Source: Heterodontus francisci (lineage: Eukaryota). From it: a stretch of DNA of 64,000 bases. Positions 60,360 through 64,000 of this stretch are shown here, in pieces; position 1 is the stretch's first letter, and each line of letters opens with the position of its first letter. Under the pieces are notes generated by a model, which had not been told where the DNA came from, did not search any database, and was given only the letters and a program-made list of their open reading frames with translations. The stretch spans positions 89,383,691 to 89,447,690 of the forward strand of contig NC_090387.1 of NCBI RefSeq assembly GCF_036365525.1, read 5' to 3'. The translations under genes and the position numbers were made by a program.

Positions 60360-62443
60360 ACATCTGATATGTGTGGGAGTCTTTCAAATGTCAGCTGATT
60401 AGAATCCAGGACCAGCATGTTCCTGTGAGGAAGAAAGACAAGTTTGGCAAGTATCGGGAAGCTTGGATAACACGGGATATTGTGAGCCTAGTCAAAAAGA
60501 AAAAGGAAGCATTTGTAAGGGCTGGAAGGCGAGGAACACATGAAGCACTTGAGGAATATAAAGACAGTAGGAAGGCAAGGAGTTAGGAGGGCTAAAAGGG
60601 GTCATGAAAAGTCATTGGCAAACAGGATTAAGGAAAATCCCAAGGCTTTCTATACATATATAAAGAGCAAGAGGGTAACCAGGGAAAGGGTTGGCCCACT
60701 CAAGGACAGAGATGGGAATCTATGCGTGGAGCCAGAGGAAATGGGCGAGGGCTAAATGAGTACTTTGGATCAGTAGTCACCAAGGAGAAGGACTTGGTGG
60801 ATGATGAGTCTAGGGAAGGGAGTGCAGATAGTCTCAGTCATCTCATTATCAAAAAGGAGGAGGTGTTGGGTGTCTTGCAAAGCATTAAGGTAGATACGTC
60901 CCCAGGGTCTGATGGGATCTATCCTAGAATACTGAGGGAGGCAAGGGAAGAAATTGCTGGGGCCTTGACAGAAATCTTTGCATCCTCATTGGCTACAGGT
61001 GAGGTCCCAGAGGACTGGAGAATAGCCAATGTTGTTCCTTTGTTTAAGAAGGATGGCAAGGATAATCCAGGAAATTATAGGCTGATGAGCCTTTCGTCAG
61101 TGGTAGGGAAACTATTAGAGAGGATTCTTCGGGACAGGATTTACTCCCATTTGGAAACAAATGAACTTATTAGCGAGAGACAGCATGGTTTTGTGAAGGG
61201 AAGGTCATGTCTTACGAATTTGATTCAGTTTTTTGAGGAAGTGATGAAGATGATTGATGAGGGAAGGGTGGTGGATGTTATCGATATGGACTTTGGTAAA
61301 GCCTTTGACAAGGTCCCGCATGGCAGACTGGTACAAAAGGTGAAGTCACACGGGATCAGAGGTGAGCTGGCAAGATGGATACAGAACTGGCTCGGTCACA
61401 GAAGACAGAGAGTAACAGTGGATGGGTGTTTTTCTGAATGGAGGGATGTTACTAGTGGTGTGTGCTGGGACCTTTGCTGTTTGTAGTATATATAAATGAT
61501 TTGGAGGAAAATGTAGCTGGTCTGATTAGTAAGTTTGCGGACGACACAAAGGTCGGTGGAGTTGTGGATAATGATGAGGATTGTCAGAGAATACAGCAGG
61601 ATATAGATCGGTTGGAGACTTGGGCAGAGAAATGGCAGATGGAGTTTAATCTGGATAAATGTGAGGTTATACATTTTGGAAGGTCTAATGCAGGTGGGAG
61701 GTATACAGTAAATGGCAGAACCCTTAGGAGTATTGACAGACAGAGAGATCTGGGCATACAGGTCCACAGGTCACTGAAAGTGGCAACGCAGGTGGATAAG
61801 GTAGTCAAGAAGGCATACAGCATGCTTGCCTTCATCGCTCGGGGCATAGAGTATAAAAATTGGCAAGTCATGTTGCAGCTGTACAGAACCTTAGTTAGGC
61901 CACACTTAGAATATTGTGTGCAATTCTGGTCGCCACACTACCAGAAGGACGTGGAGGCTTTGGAGAGGGTACAGAGGAGGTTTACCAGAATGTTGCCTGG
62001 TCTGGAGGGCATTAACTATGAGGAGAGGTTGGAAAAACTCGGAATGTTTTCACTGGAACGACGGAGGTGGAGGGGCGACATGATAGAGGTTTACAAAGTT
62101 ATGAGCGGCATGGACAGAGTGGATAGTCCCAGGATGGAAGAGTCAGTTACGAGGGGACATAGGTTTAAGGTGCGAGGGGCAAAGTTTAGAGGGGATGTGC
62201 GAGGCAAGTTTTTTACACAGAGGGTGGTGAGTGCCTGGAACTTGCTGCCAGGGGAGGTGGTGGAAACAGATACGATAGCGACGTTTAAGAGACATCTTGA
62301 CAAATATATGAATAGGAAGGGAATAGAGGGATATGGGCCCCGGAAATGCAGAAGGTGTTAGTTTTGGCAGGCATCAAGATCGGCGCAGGCTTGGAGGGCC
62401 GAATGGCCTGTTCCTGTGCTGTACTGTTCTTTGTTCTTTGTTC
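60360..62443 (+). mobile_element. CR1 LINE ORF2 (5'-truncated)
   Basis: 254-aa and 299-aa ORFs with QHGF, MDFGKAFDKVPH, KFADDTK; (ttctttg)n tail. Confidence 0.95.
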
Positions 62444-62444
62444 T

Positions 62445-64000
62445 AATTAAACAACAAATATACTTTTAGTTTGAGTATATGTATGAGAATTCATGTGTTA
62501 GTTTTTTTTTTCATAAATTATAAGACCTTTAGATATCGGTTCATCTTTCTCATGGTTAAGATTTGAGATTTTTTTTAAGAAACCTTTAAGTTGTTTATCT
62601 CTATCGCTACCTGGTTTGGTTCACTTCATTCGGGGGTGGGGGAGTGGGAGGGGGGCGTTACTAGATTGTTTAATTTGGCTGCTGCTTTTTTTGATTTGGG
62701 AAAGCATATGTGTGATGCGACCTGTGGAATGACAGGGCTGAATTGACACTGCATTGCTCCCACTGCAATCCAAATCATTTATTTTCATCAGGGGCTTTGC
62801 CTTGAGCAGTTGTGCCATACCATATTAATTGGGGGCTCGTCTGGGATATAGAAACATAGCCACACAGTGATAGAATCACATTGAATTATGTGACTTGCCT
62901 CTTGGATCAGAATCAGACTAATTTGGAGGGTTCATGTGTCGATTCATATTAATTGCTCATTTCTGGGAACACGTACAAATTGGGGTCTTGCCTCTGTCAC
63001 CATAGTAATTTCTCTCTCGTGTGGGATCATATCAATTCGAAACTCGATGTTTGGGATACAAATCTAACACCAATTACAAAGATATAAAAGGAACAAGGTT
63101 TCTTGTATAATAAGGTACCACCTGTACCATAGTAATGGCATTAGTGGTTGCAACAGAGTTTTTGGGAAAGCAGAGTGTTTCCCTGAGTCACTTGATAACT
63201 CTAACTAAGAACAATTTTTTTTTTAAATGGCAGCAAAATTGGGGTTAGAATTGAAATTCGGTTGCAAAAAACAGAGATAATTGACATAATAGCCGAACAT
63301 CTGGAATTAGGAGAAGAAGAACAACAACAAGAAGATGATGAAAGGGAATACGAGCAAAACGAAAGTGGTAGGTCAGAGACTGAAGCAGTGGTATTGGCTA
63401 GATTCAGTTATAGAGGTAAAAAACTTGAATTTGAAGAAAGGGAGAAAGAGAGGGAATTTAAGTTAAAAGAGGTGGAATTAAGAGGACTCTTGAATCCAGG
63501 GAAAACACAGGTCAGGAAGAACCTGAATTCAGCTCAGGAGACAGCGAAAAGTTGTTTAAATTCACCATTGGATATGGACATTAAAGATAGATACCACATA
63601 CGAGAACCTTCAAGAATTGATTCTGGTAGAGGAGTTTAAGAACTCCATTCCTTCAGTAGTGAGAACTATTATAGATAACCTGAAAGTTTTGAAAACTAGG
63701 CAAGCAGCGGAAATTGCGAATGATTGAAAGTGGAAGAATGAAAGGAAGGCAAGTAGCTGGGGACAAAAAAGAACAGCTGGGAATGCTCCAGGATGACCTC
63801 TTCAAGTCAGAAAGGAAGGTGCTGAGGCAGGAAGTGAGGTTCGCAGAGGAAAGGACTCTGACTGAGTATAGCAGACCAGGCTATAGCCTTAACGACAGGT
63901 GTAAAACCAGATACTAAAACTAAAAGGAGTGTGGACGTTAAGAATAAAATACCTGAAAATTATAATTAATTTCTGCCAAAGGGGAGATTAATTCCATATT
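62445..64000 (+). mobile_element. Gypsy (Gmr1-like) LTR retrotransposon remnant: LTR 3' part, PBS, degenerate gag
   Basis: PBS; EIIDIIAEHLEL, EFEEREKEREFKL coiled coil; SCAN-like YENLQELILVEEFKNSIPSVVR..QAAEIAND at ~63569-63724. Confidence 0.7.
62830..62847 (+). promoter_or_regulatory. Primer-binding site, tRNA-Pro type
   Basis: tgggggctcgtctgggat, 17/18 match to the tRNA-Pro PBS TGGGGGCTCGTCCGGGAT, upstream of a gag-like remnant. Confidence 0.8.

Noticed and set aside
1-64000. Prokaryotic systems (CRISPR, retron, DGR, operons) suggested by many RT ORFs
   Set aside because: Sequence is spliced vertebrate DNA; all RT fragments are non-LTR retrotransposon ORF2 remnants; no spacer arrays seen.

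Overview
Eukaryotic, intron-containing, repeat-rich vertebrate DNA. The repeat set (V-domain HE1-type SINEs, Deu-domain SINEs, CR1, RTE, L2, Penelope pieces) points to a cartilaginous fish, probably a shark. The window is dominated by an inverted segmental duplication: left arm <=1..~25286, spacer ~25287-28257, right arm ~28258-49110. It holds two convergent copies of a non-rearranging immunoglobulin-superfamily receptor gene. The minus-strand copy is complete (50557->37321, 7 exons, ~374 aa): leader / single-exon VJ-type V domain / C1 domain / uncharged TM / three cytoplasmic exons with SIRP-like ITIM/ITSM motifs. The plus-strand copy is seen from its C1 exon (117) to its stop (10510). The two copies differ in the C1 C-terminal half, a stalk Cys and a terminal Tyr, but their tail exons are near-identical, which suggests gene conversion. 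Four Penelope-like fragments carry minimal hammerhead-ribozyme motifs with stem-II covariation. The remainder is nested LINEs, a hAT/Charlie element, a decayed PIF/Harbinger element and a Gypsy LTR element with a tRNA-Pro PBS. Exon coordinates were read base by base; most TE boundaries are approximate.
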